The position numbers were made by a program, and so were the translations under genes. This document shows positions 37,671-47,522 of a stretch of DNA of 64,000 nucleotides, piece by piece. The notes below the pieces were generated by a model. That model worked only from the letters and a program-made list of their open reading frames with translations, had not been told where the DNA came from and did no database searches. Position 1 is the first letter of the stretch; each line of letters starts with the position of its first letter. Where the stretch lies: the NCBI GenBank assembly GCA_965223665.1, contig OZ245011.1, positions 4,000,001-4,064,000 on the forward strand, given 5' to 3'. The stretch is from Nitrospinaceae bacterium. Its GTDB lineage: Bacteria; Nitrospinota; Nitrospinia; Nitrospinales; Nitrospinaceae.

Positions 37671-38636
37671 TTAAGAAAAAATTTGTGTTCCTTTTTTTCC
37701 TTCAATAGCTTCGAAAAGATGATCTAAATGCGCAATAATGGCACGTTTTCCCCCGTTTCTCAAAAATTCAAGTGCCGCTTGTACTTTCGGTTTCATGCTT
37801 CCTTCCGAAAAATGTCCTTCTTCAAGCCACTGGGCTATTTCTTTTGTAGTCGCTTTCAAAATAGGTTTTTTGTGTGGAGAATGAAAATCCAAATATGCGA
37901 ACTCAACCTGGGTCAAAATGACGAGATATTCAATTCCTATTGTATTGGCTAAAAGTGCGCTTGTTAAATCTTTATCTATAACGGCCTCTACTCCTTCAAG
38001 AGTTCCATTTTCATTTCTAATGACGGGGATTCCACCACCACCAGCGCCTATAACTATAAAGCCCTTTTTCAGTAAATGAGTGAAAATTTCTTTTTCTATT
38101 ATTTCAAGAGGTTTGGGAGAGGGGACTACTCTGCGAAAGCCCCTTCCTGAATCTTCTTTTATAATCCAACCTCTATCCTGGGCCAGTTGGTCTGCTTCTC
38201 TCTTAGAATAAAACACACCGATTGGTTTAGAGGGATTTTGAAAGGCTGGATCGTTAGCATCTACCCTGACCTGTGTGATGACTGAAAAAGATCGTTTATT
38301 GATTCCATTTTGTAGACAGGCATTGTCAAAAACATTTTGTAAAATGTACCCAATTCTTCCCTGACTGTCTGCGACGCAAATATCTAATGTAATCTTGCGG
38401 GGGAATTCATTGGCAGTTAATTCCTGTTGAAGAAATATTTGTCCAACTTGAGGACCATTGCCATGAGTTAGAACAATTTTAGAATAGTTACTTTTAATTA
38501 AAGGGATAATTTGCTCAAAGGACTTTTGAGCAATTAAAAACTCTTCTTTTTGATGGGCAGGAGAATGTCCTGGGACGTTTAAAGCGTTCCCCCCAAAAGC
38601 AATCAGGAGGCTTGGTTTATTTGATTGAGAGATCAA
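37671..38636 (-). CDS. arcC: Carbamate kinase
   Basis: GGNAL, THGNGPQVG, PSKPIG, EDSGRGFRRVVPSP, GGGGIPV, EAVIDKD, GSMKPK. Confidence 0.95.
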   Translation of the reverse strand: MISQSNKPSLLIAFGGNALNVPGHSPAHQKEEFLIAQKSFEQIIPLIKSNYSKIVLTHGNGPQVGQIFLQQELTANEFPRKITLDICVADSQGRIGYILQNVFDNACLQNGINKRSFSVITQVRVDANDPAFQNPSKPIGVFYSKREADQLAQDRGWIIKEDSGRGFRRVVPSPKPLEIIEKEIFTHLLKKGFIVIGAGGGGIPVIRNENGTLEGVEAVIDKDLTSALLANTIGIEYLVILTQVEFAYLDFHSPHKKPILKATTKEIAQWLEEGHFSEGSMKPKVQAALEFLRNGGKRAIIAHLDHLFEAIEGKKGTQIFS

Positions 38637-38645
38637 AATAAAAAA

Positions 38646-39971
38646 CTAATTTAAAGAGTTTAAAAATTTTGTTAAAACAGTTTCCAAATTTGGGGTTCCT
38701 ATTTCTTGTAATTCATAATGGACACGTAAAGAGGGCTGGTTGATTTTTATGATTCGCGATAAATCAATGGGTGTTGCAATTAATACCAGTTCACAGTCTG
38801 TTGCGTTAATAGTTCCTTCTAGATCTTTAATCTGTTCTTCACTATAACCCATGGCGGGGACCAAGCCACTAATATGTGGGTACTTTTCAAAAGTAGATTT
38901 GATTGATTTAAGAGCCACCGGTTTTGGATCTATTATTTCTTTAGCTCCAAATTTTTGAGCGGCTATAATTCCTGCTCCAAATTTCATTTCTCCATGAGTC
39001 AAAGTTGGCCCGTCCTCAATGACTAACACCCGCTTGTTTTTTATCTGATCAGAATTCTCTGTATAAATTGGTGAAGTGGCTTCAATTACTATTGCCCCCG
39101 GATTGTTTTGGTTTATAGAATTTTTTACTGTTTGAATATCTTGATTTTTAGCAGTATCCATTTTATTTATAATAATGACATCGGCGCGGTTTAAGTTGAT
39201 TTCACCCGGGAAGTAATTTAATTCATGTCCTGGTCGAAGAGGATCTGTGACAACTATTTCTAAATCTGATTGATAAAAAGGGAAATCATTATTTCCCCCG
39301 TCCCATAGAATTATATCTGCCTCGCTTTCTGCTTCTTTTAAAATGGCTCCATAATCTACACCTGCATAAACAACTCCCTTTAAATTAATATAGGGTTCAT
39401 ATTCTTCCATTTCTTCAATGGTACATTCGAACTTTTTGAAATCATCTAAGGAAGCAAACCTTTGGGTAGCCTGTTTTTGTAAATTTCCGTAAGGCATAGC
39501 ATGACGAATGGCTATAACATTATGCCCCCAGTTTTTCAGGATCTTCATTATTTTTCTAGAGGTTTGGGACTTCCCGCATCCAGTGCGGGTTGCACAAACC
39601 GATATGACAGGTTTTTTGGAACGCAGCATGGTAGTTTTTGGTCCCATTAACCAGAAATCGGTTCCCAATCCCATTACAAATGAGGCTTTATTCATCAAAC
39701 TCTTATAAGAAATATCGCTGTATGCAAATACAACTTTATCTACCTGGTATTTTTTTATGAGGTTTGATAAATCCGTTTCAAAGTGAATAGGTATTCCATT
39801 TGGATAATTCTCACCCGCTAAACTGGGTGGATATATTTTTTCTTCTATTCCGGGAATTTGTGCTGCTGTAAAGGCCACCACTTCATAGTTTGAATTGTCT
39901 CTGAAAAAGACATTGAAATTATGGAAGTCGCGCCCGGCAGCACCCATAATAATTACTTTGGTTGGTGACAT
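38646..39971 (-). CDS. arcE: Cyclic 2,3-diphosphoglycerate synthetase-like P-loop NTPase; probable arginine synthetase (ArcE)
   Basis: MGAAGRDFHNFN..YEVVAFTA.QIP, P-loop RTGCGKS, WDGGNND, EDGPTLTHG, PAMGYS; adjacent to carbamate kinase. Confidence 0.8.
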   Translation of the reverse strand: MSPTKVIIMGAAGRDFHNFNVFFRDNSNYEVVAFTAAQIPGIEEKIYPPSLAGENYPNGIPIHFETDLSNLIKKYQVDKVVFAYSDISYKSLMNKASFVMGLGTDFWLMGPKTTMLRSKKPVISVCATRTGCGKSQTSRKIMKILKNWGHNVIAIRHAMPYGNLQKQATQRFASLDDFKKFECTIEEMEEYEPYINLKGVVYAGVDYGAILKEAESEADIILWDGGNNDFPFYQSDLEIVVTDPLRPGHELNYFPGEINLNRADVIIINKMDTAKNQDIQTVKNSINQNNPGAIVIEATSPIYTENSDQIKNKRVLVIEDGPTLTHGEMKFGAGIIAAQKFGAKEIIDPKPVALKSIKSTFEKYPHISGLVPAMGYSEEQIKDLEGTINATDCELVLIATPIDLSRIIKINQPSLRVHYELQEIGTPNLETVLTKFLNSLN

Positions 39972-40081
39972 TTTGAGGGTACTTTAATTTTATTTTAAAA
40001 TTTAATTTTGATGGTTTCTAAAACAATTAATTTTGTCATTAATTTATAATAGAAGGAAAAAGAATGGAAGAAGAAATGAAA

Positions 40082-40888
40082 CTAGTTCAATTGATAGTTG
40101 TGAAAGGTGAATGTGTATTTGGAAAGTGGATTTCCATTTTTTTCAAGGGATAAAGTTATTTTGTTAGGAAGCCAGTAGTTATTAATTTTTTTATAATAGT
40201 ATTCAGCTTTTTCTTTAAACCTGTTTTTTTTGTAACTATATTTTGAGATCGACTCTGAAACTAGCCATTTGCCTTCTTTTTCTAAATATCGAAATTGACT
40301 TTTTACTTCAGAAGGGCCCTGTTTGGGTTTGAGTTGCATTTTTTCTACATTCCATTTTCTTTTATCAACCATTAAGTCATATCTTTGTATGGGAGTTTCA
40401 GAACTATTTGAAACAAAACGAATCAGAATTAAATTGTTTTTTTCCCGATTGGTTTTCTCAATATATTGATCCAAAGTTTGTTTAAGAGTACGCGGGAATA
40501 GTAATTCTTTAAACTGATAAAAAAGTTGAACCACTTCAAATTCTCTTTCGGAAGAATTATTGAATGGCGTCTTTAATATTTCAAAATCACGCAAATCTTT
40601 GGGATTATTGTTATACCATTTGAATTTGACTTTTGGGTTTTGCAAAAAATGATTAGAACCTTTTTCCAGATCCATTTGATCCCAATGAATTTCCACTGTG
40701 AATTTTTTAAGCCCCATATTCTGAGGGTAGTAATAATGATTGTCTAATTTTTGAATGAGACCTTGGGAGGAGTTTGAAAAGGCAGGACTATGAAATAGAA
40801 AGATGGTGAAAGTAAAAATACAAACTAAATGGAAAGCTCTAAACGAAAAACCGAGGAAATCAGAAATAGTAAATCGGGTTTTTCGCAT
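40082..40888 (-). CDS. Hypothetical exported protein (beta-rich, possibly LolA-like fold)
   Basis: Signal-like N-terminus; last gene of a tightly coupled operon. Confidence 0.65.
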   Translation of the reverse strand: MRKTRFTISDFLGFSFRAFHLVCIFTFTIFLFHSPAFSNSSQGLIQKLDNHYYYPQNMGLKKFTVEIHWDQMDLEKGSNHFLQNPKVKFKWYNNNPKDLRDFEILKTPFNNSSEREFEVVQLFYQFKELLFPRTLKQTLDQYIEKTNREKNNLILIRFVSNSSETPIQRYDLMVDKRKWNVEKMQLKPKQGPSEVKSQFRYLEKEGKWLVSESISKYSYKKNRFKEKAEYYYKKINNYWLPNKITLSLEKNGNPLSKYTFTFHNYQLN

Positions 40889-40891
40889 AAT

Positions 40892-41467
40892 CTAGGGCAA
40901 AGCTTTTGCCTGTGTTTCAATGGTAGATAAGACCTCATAAAATTTATCGTTATCCCATTGTCTTGCACCGGAAATAAATCCGCGCAGCTTTCCCTGGCTA
41001 TCTATTAGGTAACTGGTGGGTAAACCCAAAATAAAATAGGAGCGCCTGACTTTTTGGTCGGGGTCTAAAAGGATCGGAAATGTTAAATTATACTCTTTAA
41101 CATATTTCTGCACCTTCTCCTGATTCCCGCGATCAATAGAAATAGCAACTACTTGAATGCCATGTTCTTTTGCAGTTTTATGGAGGCGCTCCATGGAGGG
41201 TAGTTCTTCTTTGCAAGCGCCGCACCAGGTGGCCCAAAAGTTTAAAAGTACAGGTTTCCCCTTAAATTTAGAAAGAGACACGTTAGTTCCGTTTAAGTCT
41301 TTTAATGTAAACTTAGGCGCATCCTTAATTCTTTGAGGTTTTGCAATTCCAAAACTTTCATAAGGATCTGATGAAAAGCTTATCTTTTCCTTTCCCATTC
41401 CCATTAAAAATAAAGAGAAACAAAATACTACTGATAATGTAAAAGTTTTTCGCATAATTTTCCTCAT
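40892..41467 (-). CDS. TlpA/ResA-family thiol-disulfide oxidoreductase
   Basis: LLNFWATWCGACKEELP, GLPTSYLID. Confidence 0.92.
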   Translation of the reverse strand: MRKIMRKTFTLSVVFCFSLFLMGMGKEKISFSSDPYESFGIAKPQRIKDAPKFTLKDLNGTNVSLSKFKGKPVLLNFWATWCGACKEELPSMERLHKTAKEHGIQVVAISIDRGNQEKVQKYVKEYNLTFPILLDPDQKVRRSYFILGLPTSYLIDSQGKLRGFISGARQWDNDKFYEVLSTIETQAKALP

Positions 41468-41757
41468 CTTGCATTCCTATGTAAGTAACTTTGGATCATT
41501 TGCCTTTCTTGTTGTGAAAAAGAAATTCCACTGTTTTTCATATGACCTGCCATAATATTAAGGTAATGGTCCCACTCTGCTGCTGAATGCCTTGAAGGAT
41601 GTGGCCAACTATGACAAACAGTACATTTATTGATAAACATTTTTGCCTCAGCAGATTCAGGTTCTGGTACCCGGGGAGCGCTGGCACAAGCCAGCATCCC
41701 ACCAGATACCAAAGCAAGAACAATAAATTTAAAAACCCATAAAGCTTGTCTCCTCAT
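41464..41757 (-). CDS. Monoheme c-type cytochrome lipoprotein
   Basis: Lipobox MLAC, CTVCH heme motif, distal His/Met candidates. Confidence 0.8.
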   Translation of the reverse strand: MRRQALWVFKFIVLALVSGGMLACASAPRVPEPESAEAKMFINKCTVCHSWPHPSRHSAAEWDHYLNIMAGHMKNSGISFSQQERQMIQSYLHRNAR

Positions 41758-41758
41758 A

Positions 41759-42961
41759 CTAGAAACCTAACTCCTTGGGAGGCTTGGTTCCTGTATATCG
41801 ACGACTCTTTTTAGTCGGTATTTCAATATACCAAGAGAGCATCAATCGATAATCTTCCTTCAACTGAGGTCCGCGTATGTTTTGATAAACCGGAAACGAT
41901 CCATTAAACTCAATGATGTGCAAAGGAAAGGGCTGAAATTGCAAGCCAGTTGTAAAGTTTACTTTAGTTCCGCCATAATTATCAGGGTCGTTCAGGGGCG
42001 AAATGAATGGTAAAGCTGGGTTCCCACCGGCATGACCATTACCATTAACTCTTTGAGAAATGGGTTCATTACTATAAGTATCTTCATAATAATAATTCAA
42101 CTGAAAATGAATGACCGATTTTTCGTGGAACTGATACATTGTGTATAGATCCGCACGAACCTCATCACCCTGTTGGTAGCCCTGGCTGTTATCATAGAAC
42201 CGGCCAATGTACCAAACATTTGCCCCATACCAGAGTGGATCAGCGGATCCTTGATATGCAGCACCAATAATAGGATCAACGGTTCCACTTCCTAACTGCA
42301 TTTTAAAAGGTAGAATGGTCCCATTTTGTCCCGGAACAGGGTTATTGGTAAATTCTTTGTTAATAGATCCCGTTGGAATTGACATTCCAAATAATAGAGA
42401 TAGCTGTTGAGTCGGTGCCAGATTGTCATTTTTCAATACGCGGTATTTTCCTATCAATCTGGTATCTCCAAGCCCGGCGGATGTCATGGTAAACCCGTTA
42501 CGTCCAGATGCGGCAACTAACCCTGGGAAAAAAGTCATCTGCATACGATTAGCTTTGAAACTGGTCATTACCATTACGGCAAAGTCGTCTGTAAAGGAAT
42601 AAGCGCCACCAAACATGGTCATGAACATATCCATAGATACGGGTATGGCAGGAAATGTCGCTCCGCCAGCACTGGGTGGACCCACTAACGCACCTTGATT
42701 GAGAGTACGCTGCCCCTCTTGAAGAGGTCCCATTTGCATATACATTTGGCTGATTTTAAAACGAAATTCATGAGTTTCCGGAATACCTCCACCAAAAACG
42801 TTTAAAGGCATATTTCCGCCACAGTGCGCACAGCATAATCCGATATAGGCCGTCGCTTTAGTAACTCCCAATACCAGTAAAAAAGCGATGGTGATTGACA
42901 GGCGAACCAAAGGGTTTACTTTGGATCTAAAAAAATCTTTTTTGAATTGGAACAAGTGCAT
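41759..42961 (-). CDS. Outer-membrane beta-barrel transporter (MetA-phenol-like) with Cys/His/Met-rich segments
   Basis: Signal peptide, CCAHCGGNMP, MYMQM and MDMFMTM, GLGDTRL, MQLGSGTVDP. Confidence 0.75.
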   Translation of the reverse strand: MHLFQFKKDFFRSKVNPLVRLSITIAFLLVLGVTKATAYIGLCCAHCGGNMPLNVFGGGIPETHEFRFKISQMYMQMGPLQEGQRTLNQGALVGPPSAGGATFPAIPVSMDMFMTMFGGAYSFTDDFAVMVMTSFKANRMQMTFFPGLVAASGRNGFTMTSAGLGDTRLIGKYRVLKNDNLAPTQQLSLLFGMSIPTGSINKEFTNNPVPGQNGTILPFKMQLGSGTVDPIIGAAYQGSADPLWYGANVWYIGRFYDNSQGYQQGDEVRADLYTMYQFHEKSVIHFQLNYYYEDTYSNEPISQRVNGNGHAGGNPALPFISPLNDPDNYGGTKVNFTTGLQFQPFPLHIIEFNGSFPVYQNIRGPQLKEDYRLMLSWYIEIPTKKSRRYTGTKPPKELGF

Positions 42962-43091
42962 TTCTCTCTACTCCCCTGGTAAGAACTAAAAACCTTAACT
43001 AATTAAAGAAAACTATAACGGTCTCCGAGCAGAATTTTCCCTTTTGGTTTAAAAAGCAGGAAAACTCGATCAGAGAAAAAATAAAATGGAG

Positions 43092-43502
43092 TTAAAGAGA
43101 TTGGGGGGGTGGGTCTAGTGAAAGATCCATATGATATTTGTATATCATGTTAACGTGAGGAATTTTTGGAGTGACCATTGTTTGGAGGAGATCCTCACGG
43201 GATTCGTGGATATAATTTGGGGTGATACTGGGTCCTTTGTTAACGTTCCCATTAGTGGAGTTGGGTCCGCAATCATTTAGCCATTGTTGGGCTTTGGACC
43301 GTTCCACATTTTTATGAGGGCAATACAAATGATTTTTCTTGTGGTGATTCAGTAAACAATGTAAAGATTTTTTCCCCTTATGAATTTCAAAGGGGGAGGA
43401 CTTTGAGGTGTGCCCTGTATGCGCCCACACTGATCCCGACCCTAAAAAAAAGATACTTAGGAAAAAGAAAAACCCTGAAATTCTCAAAACTGATTTAGCC
43501 AC
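43092..43502 (-). CDS. Exported His/Cys-rich small protein ending in a polyproline motif (CutF/CruR/DUF2946-like)
   Basis: Signal peptide (VWA-H), HCLLNHHKKNHLYCPH, C-terminal DPPPQSL. Confidence 0.7.
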   Translation of the reverse strand: MAKSVLRISGFFFFLSIFFLGSGSVWAHTGHTSKSSPFEIHKGKKSLHCLLNHHKKNHLYCPHKNVERSKAQQWLNDCGPNSTNGNVNKGPSITPNYIHESREDLLQTMVTPKIPHVNMIYKYHMDLSLDPPPQSL

Positions 43503-43584
43503 CGAATTTAAACCTAAATATAGATGTTTTTCGCTATATTACTTAATTTAAAGGTGGTCTGTCAAGGTTGCCAAATTAAACTGC

Positions 43585-44199
43585 TTAATTTTTGGGACTA
43601 TAGAGCTGGGCGAGCCAATAGGCCATAGATCGGGTAAACCGATGAAATAGGTTTTCGTTACCTTTAACGGGTTGAACGTGAATGAATCTCATCCCTGCCT
43701 TTATTGCTCCTCCATCCGTGAGGTAATTGTCGCCAATCATGCAGACTTCACTGGGATCTTCCAGGTTTAAATAATCTTCCATAGCTTTTTTAAATCCAAG
43801 GGGATCGGGTTTGGGGGGAACATTTGTCACTATGGGCACTTCCGGAATTTGCTGAAATCTTTCTTCGGATGCGTTAGTAAAAATCGCGACTTTGAATCCC
43901 TGGTCAATCATATCTTGAATTTGTTGAATTACGGGTTCTGCAAAACTTTCAGCGTGGTGAGGTCCCAGTGTTCCGTCCGCGTCCAGTAATATACCTTTAA
44001 TTCCTAAATTTTTTAATTCCTCAAGAGAAATATCCGTAAACTGTTTTACAAATTTTATTGTTTTCAAATATGCAGGAAAAAAGGGAAGGGTGAGAAACCG
44101 TTTGATTTTTTCCCATGTGACGCCCTCTCGATTTTTTGGGTATGAAGTAGCCATGATTTTATAAAGTTTTAAATCCTCTTGAACTAAATTATAAATCAA
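43585..44199 (-). CDS. YqeG-family HAD IIIA phosphatase
   Basis: LDADGTL, FTN, PKP, MIGDNYLTD. Confidence 0.85.
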   Translation of the reverse strand: MIYNLVQEDLKLYKIMATSYPKNREGVTWEKIKRFLTLPFFPAYLKTIKFVKQFTDISLEELKNLGIKGILLDADGTLGPHHAESFAEPVIQQIQDMIDQGFKVAIFTNASEERFQQIPEVPIVTNVPPKPDPLGFKKAMEDYLNLEDPSEVCMIGDNYLTDGGAIKAGMRFIHVQPVKGNENLFHRFTRSMAYWLAQLYSPKN

Positions 44200-44223
44200 A
44201 TTTGAAAAAGGGTATTTCTAAGT

Positions 44224-45099
44224 CTAAGAGTATTTTATTCCTGTTAACTGTTCGCTTACTTCCCACAATTGACTTTGAAGCTTTTGGTTATATGAAGCAG
44301 ATGAAGAAGGGATTGCTTTTTTTCGAACAAAATATTTACCTGAAACTTTCTCAACTTCTGATGAGGTTGATAAATAGATTAGTGTTTCCGCTCCCTTTTG
44401 TGGACTAATGTAAATTAAGGGTTTGGCAATTGCCTTAAAAAATAAATACCATTTAGCTCCCTTATTTCCAAAGTTGGTGCTAACAATTCCGGGATGCAAA
44501 CAATTTACGGTCACTTCCGTTCCTATTAATTTCTCTGCTAAAGAATAAGTGAATAAAATATTAGCAAGTTTTGACTGTGAGTAAGCTCTAAGGGACCGAT
44601 AAGACTTTTCTCCCATAAGATTATCAAACTCAATCGTTCCCCCGCGGTGTACCATAGAGGAGACATTTATGATTCGGGCCGGTGCACTGGCTTTAATTCT
44701 TTCCAATAACAAAAGGGTCAAAAGGAAATGTCCCAAATGGTTAACTGCAAAAGTGGTTTCATGTCCTTCATCAGTTTGGTGACGTTTGCCTAATAAAAGA
44801 CCCGCGTTATTTATCAATAAATGTAATTGGGTGTATTGATTTAAAACGGTGTTTGCAAGTTGACGTACTTGCTTCATGGACCCTAAATCCGCCAGAAGTA
44901 AATCCACCTGAGGGTTTCCTGTAAGTTTTTTTATCTCTTTTTGAGCTTCCTCACCTTTTTGTTGGTTTCTGCAAACAAGGATAACTTGCGCACCTTCTTG
45001 AGCCAAAGCTAAAGCCGTTTCTTTACCTATCCCGGAATTTCCACCAGTTATTAAGCAGGTTTTGCCTTGAATCCAATTTTGTGCGTTTTCAGAGGTCAT
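44224..45099 (-). CDS. Short-chain dehydrogenase/reductase (retinol dehydrogenase-like)
   Basis: TGGNSGIG, NNAG, YSQSK. Confidence 0.93.
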   Translation of the reverse strand: MTSENAQNWIQGKTCLITGGNSGIGKETALALAQEGAQVILVCRNQQKGEEAQKEIKKLTGNPQVDLLLADLGSMKQVRQLANTVLNQYTQLHLLINNAGLLLGKRHQTDEGHETTFAVNHLGHFLLTLLLLERIKASAPARIINVSSMVHRGGTIEFDNLMGEKSYRSLRAYSQSKLANILFTYSLAEKLIGTEVTVNCLHPGIVSTNFGNKGAKWYLFFKAIAKPLIYISPQKGAETLIYLSTSSEVEKVSGKYFVRKKAIPSSSASYNQKLQSQLWEVSEQLTGIKYS

Positions 45100-45277
45100 G
45101 AAAGTTAGTGAAATTTGCGCAATTAAAATTCGGAAACAAGCTCCACCTTTTTGAGGTGAATACTTTGATTGACAGAATGAAACCCCCTGTTACATTAATA
45201 TATAGACCTTAAAATTTTATTTAACAATGTGTTGGAAAAATTTTCTAACGAATTTATTCGTATTTGGAGAACTCATA

Positions 45278-46021
45278 GTGCCGTCAAATTTTAAACCAAA
45301 TTGGAAATATTTAGTAGTGGGATTCAGTACCTTGTGTTTTTTAAATCAGCCTTCTGCCTGGGCGGGGGTTTATAAATGGACTGATGAAAAGGGTCGAACT
45401 CATTATACAGACGATAGGTCCCAGATACCTGCTAAGTATCGAGATAAAAATACAATGAAGGGATTAAAAGGATTGGTGGAATCCAAGCCTGTAGCCCCAA
45501 AAACGTCTTCTCCTGCAAAACCTGCGGCAAAGGCGGAAGAGAATACTGAGGCATTGGCACCCGAAGCAAAAGAAAGTTCTTCAGATCAGGCAGTTGGAAC
45601 TACAAATAGCTCTTCTCAAATTTCTCCCGAAGAAATTGCAATGTTAAAAGAAACGAAAAAATATTTGGAAGATGAAAACCGTGAATTTCAACGGATCATT
45701 AAATATGTTGAACCTACGGAAGCAAATGGTAAGTATTATGTCATGGAAATGAATAATCGGGTTAAAAAGAAGCAGGAAATGGTAAAAAAAATGGATGGAA
45801 TGAAATTGTCTTCTCTTCAACAGGCAAAATCCTATTTTAAGCGAACCATTATTATGGATAAGGGTGAAACCATTGGCGGAGAAGATTATTTAGACAGAAT
45901 CGTTAATATAAGGGATAAAATGGAACGGGGTTTAAGAGAAAAAAAGAACTTAATCAAAGAACTGGATAAAGATTTAAAAGCAGTTGATGCAAGTAATGTC
46001 CAAGCTGCTGCTGGTAAGTAA
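45278..46021 (+). CDS. DUF4124 domain exported protein
   Basis: YKWTDEKGRTHYTDD..IP. GTG follows GGAG (ORF track start is 45227). Confidence 0.85.
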   Translation: MPSNFKPNWKYLVVGFSTLCFLNQPSAWAGVYKWTDEKGRTHYTDDRSQIPAKYRDKNTMKGLKGLVESKPVAPKTSSPAKPAAKAEENTEALAPEAKESSSDQAVGTTNSSSQISPEEIAMLKETKKYLEDENREFQRIIKYVEPTEANGKYYVMEMNNRVKKKQEMVKKMDGMKLSSLQQAKSYFKRTIIMDKGETIGGEDYLDRIVNIRDKMERGLREKKNLIKELDKDLKAVDASNVQAAAGK

Positions 46022-46069
46022 AACTTTTCAGTTTTCCTGAATCAATAATTCCAGGAGTTTTCCAAATAA

Positions 46070-46099
46070 AAAAAGGCAGCCGGATCCGGCTGCCTTTTT
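46070..46099. terminator. Bidirectional intrinsic terminator
   Basis: 30-bp perfect palindrome AAAAAGGCAGCCGGATCCGGCTGCCTTTTT between convergent genes. Confidence 0.85.
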
Positions 46100-46199
46100 A
46101 ATTTGTTCAATTAATAAATGGGTTTGGTTCATTACTTATCCGGCCCAAGGGTACCACTTGAGGCAGTACCCCTTCTAGGGACCGGCGTTTGTTCGCAAT

Positions 46200-47519
46200 C
46201 TAGTTCATCTCTTTCCAGGAGGCGACCGTAAAGGGGTATTTCTTTTTGGTTGCTAGATTGCCATACTGGACACCTTCACAACTAAAACCAATCGTAGCGC
46301 TCCCAGTGAAGTTAACGGCGGCATCAATGCTGTTACCTACAACCATGGCTCCATAAACGGTTGCGGATCCGGTTCCAACCAATGCACCGTCACAGGTGGC
46401 GCAGGATCCTATTAAAACGATACCATCCCAATTAAAAGTTCCGGAAATATCTAAATCTCCATCTACTACCAATACTCCTGATCCATTTACATCACCACGA
46501 ATGTCAAGGTCACCCTTTACATAAACGATATCAGGATCACTGTGAGTGCCCCATTGGACGTTATCGCTGTTATTAATCAATTCATTACCGTTGTTCACAT
46601 AGTCAGGAGTACCTGAGGCTGTGAGCAAAGTATGAAGCTTTTCTGCGTCTTTCGCTGTAAAGCTGGTTTGATCTAACATAATGTCCGGGGTTGTTCCACC
46701 GGTTCCTTTAATATGAGTTTCTGCACCTCCTTGAAAATCTACACAGGTTGCAGAATCACAAGTTCCATCATCGTCAATGGGCCCTGTTGATTCAGTAGCA
46801 ACCGCTCGAGCGGCATCACAACTGGTATCTGCAGTCCCATCTACTGCAAAGCCATTAGTGATTGGATTACTGCCATCATCGAAACCGCCTAAAACGTCAA
46901 ACCCTGAACCTTGTGAGGTAATATTGGATAAAGGTCCCACAAGAGTAACGGCCGCAGGAAATTTACTTGGAGGCAAAGTATAGTTTTGCACCATGGCACG
47001 AATCGTTTTGATAGTACCATCTTGGGAAATTCCTGTGGACTCAATATAATAAGTATCATCCGTATCTACCCAGGGATCATCGGTTCCGGTTCCTTCGTCC
47101 TTATTATCAAAAGCACGGATATTATAAGTCCCTCCGTTGAAAGATACTCGAGAATAATTGTATCCATTATAATTGTAAGTGCTACTTCCTGTGATTGAAC
47201 TGAACAGACCATTATCTGAAGTATTGGTTGCGTTTCCATCAGCTCCTTGGAGAATATCATTAGCTTGTAATGTTCTTGCAACTTCTTTAGCTTGCTCCAG
47301 TCCGGCATCTGCGACATAAAATGCTTCACGGGATTTGGTAAAACTTGCAGTTTTACTTATATCCGAAGAGGTAGACTGCATAGCAACGGGTACAATTATC
47401 ATCATGATTACGGTGAAAAGTAATACAACAACCATGGCGGACCCGGATTCATCGTGCAACCAATTTTGTTTTTCCGAATGGAATGTAATTTTTGATTGAG
47501 TTTGATCTAAAGATTTCAT
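46200..47519 (-). CDS. pilX: Type IV pilus minor pilin PilX-like protein
   Basis: ESG-SAMVVVL hydrophobic helix lacking E5, AFYVADAGLE, YYIESTG, C-terminal SWKE. Confidence 0.8.
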   Translation of the reverse strand: MKSLDQTQSKITFHSEKQNWLHDESGSAMVVVLLFTVIMMIIVPVAMQSTSSDISKTASFTKSREAFYVADAGLEQAKEVARTLQANDILQGADGNATNTSDNGLFSSITGSSTYNYNGYNYSRVSFNGGTYNIRAFDNKDEGTGTDDPWVDTDDTYYIESTGISQDGTIKTIRAMVQNYTLPPSKFPAAVTLVGPLSNITSQGSGFDVLGGFDDGSNPITNGFAVDGTADTSCDAARAVATESTGPIDDDGTCDSATCVDFQGGAETHIKGTGGTTPDIMLDQTSFTAKDAEKLHTLLTASGTPDYVNNGNELINNSDNVQWGTHSDPDIVYVKGDLDIRGDVNGSGVLVVDGDLDISGTFNWDGIVLIGSCATCDGALVGTGSATVYGAMVVGNSIDAAVNFTGSATIGFSCEGVQYGNLATKKKYPFTVASWKEMN

Positions 47520-47522
47520 AAT

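Noticed and set aside
37608-37671. Fluoride riboswitch upstream of crcB
   Set aside because: The short AT-rich spacer lacks the GGCGATGG..GCTAATGAC-type consensus.
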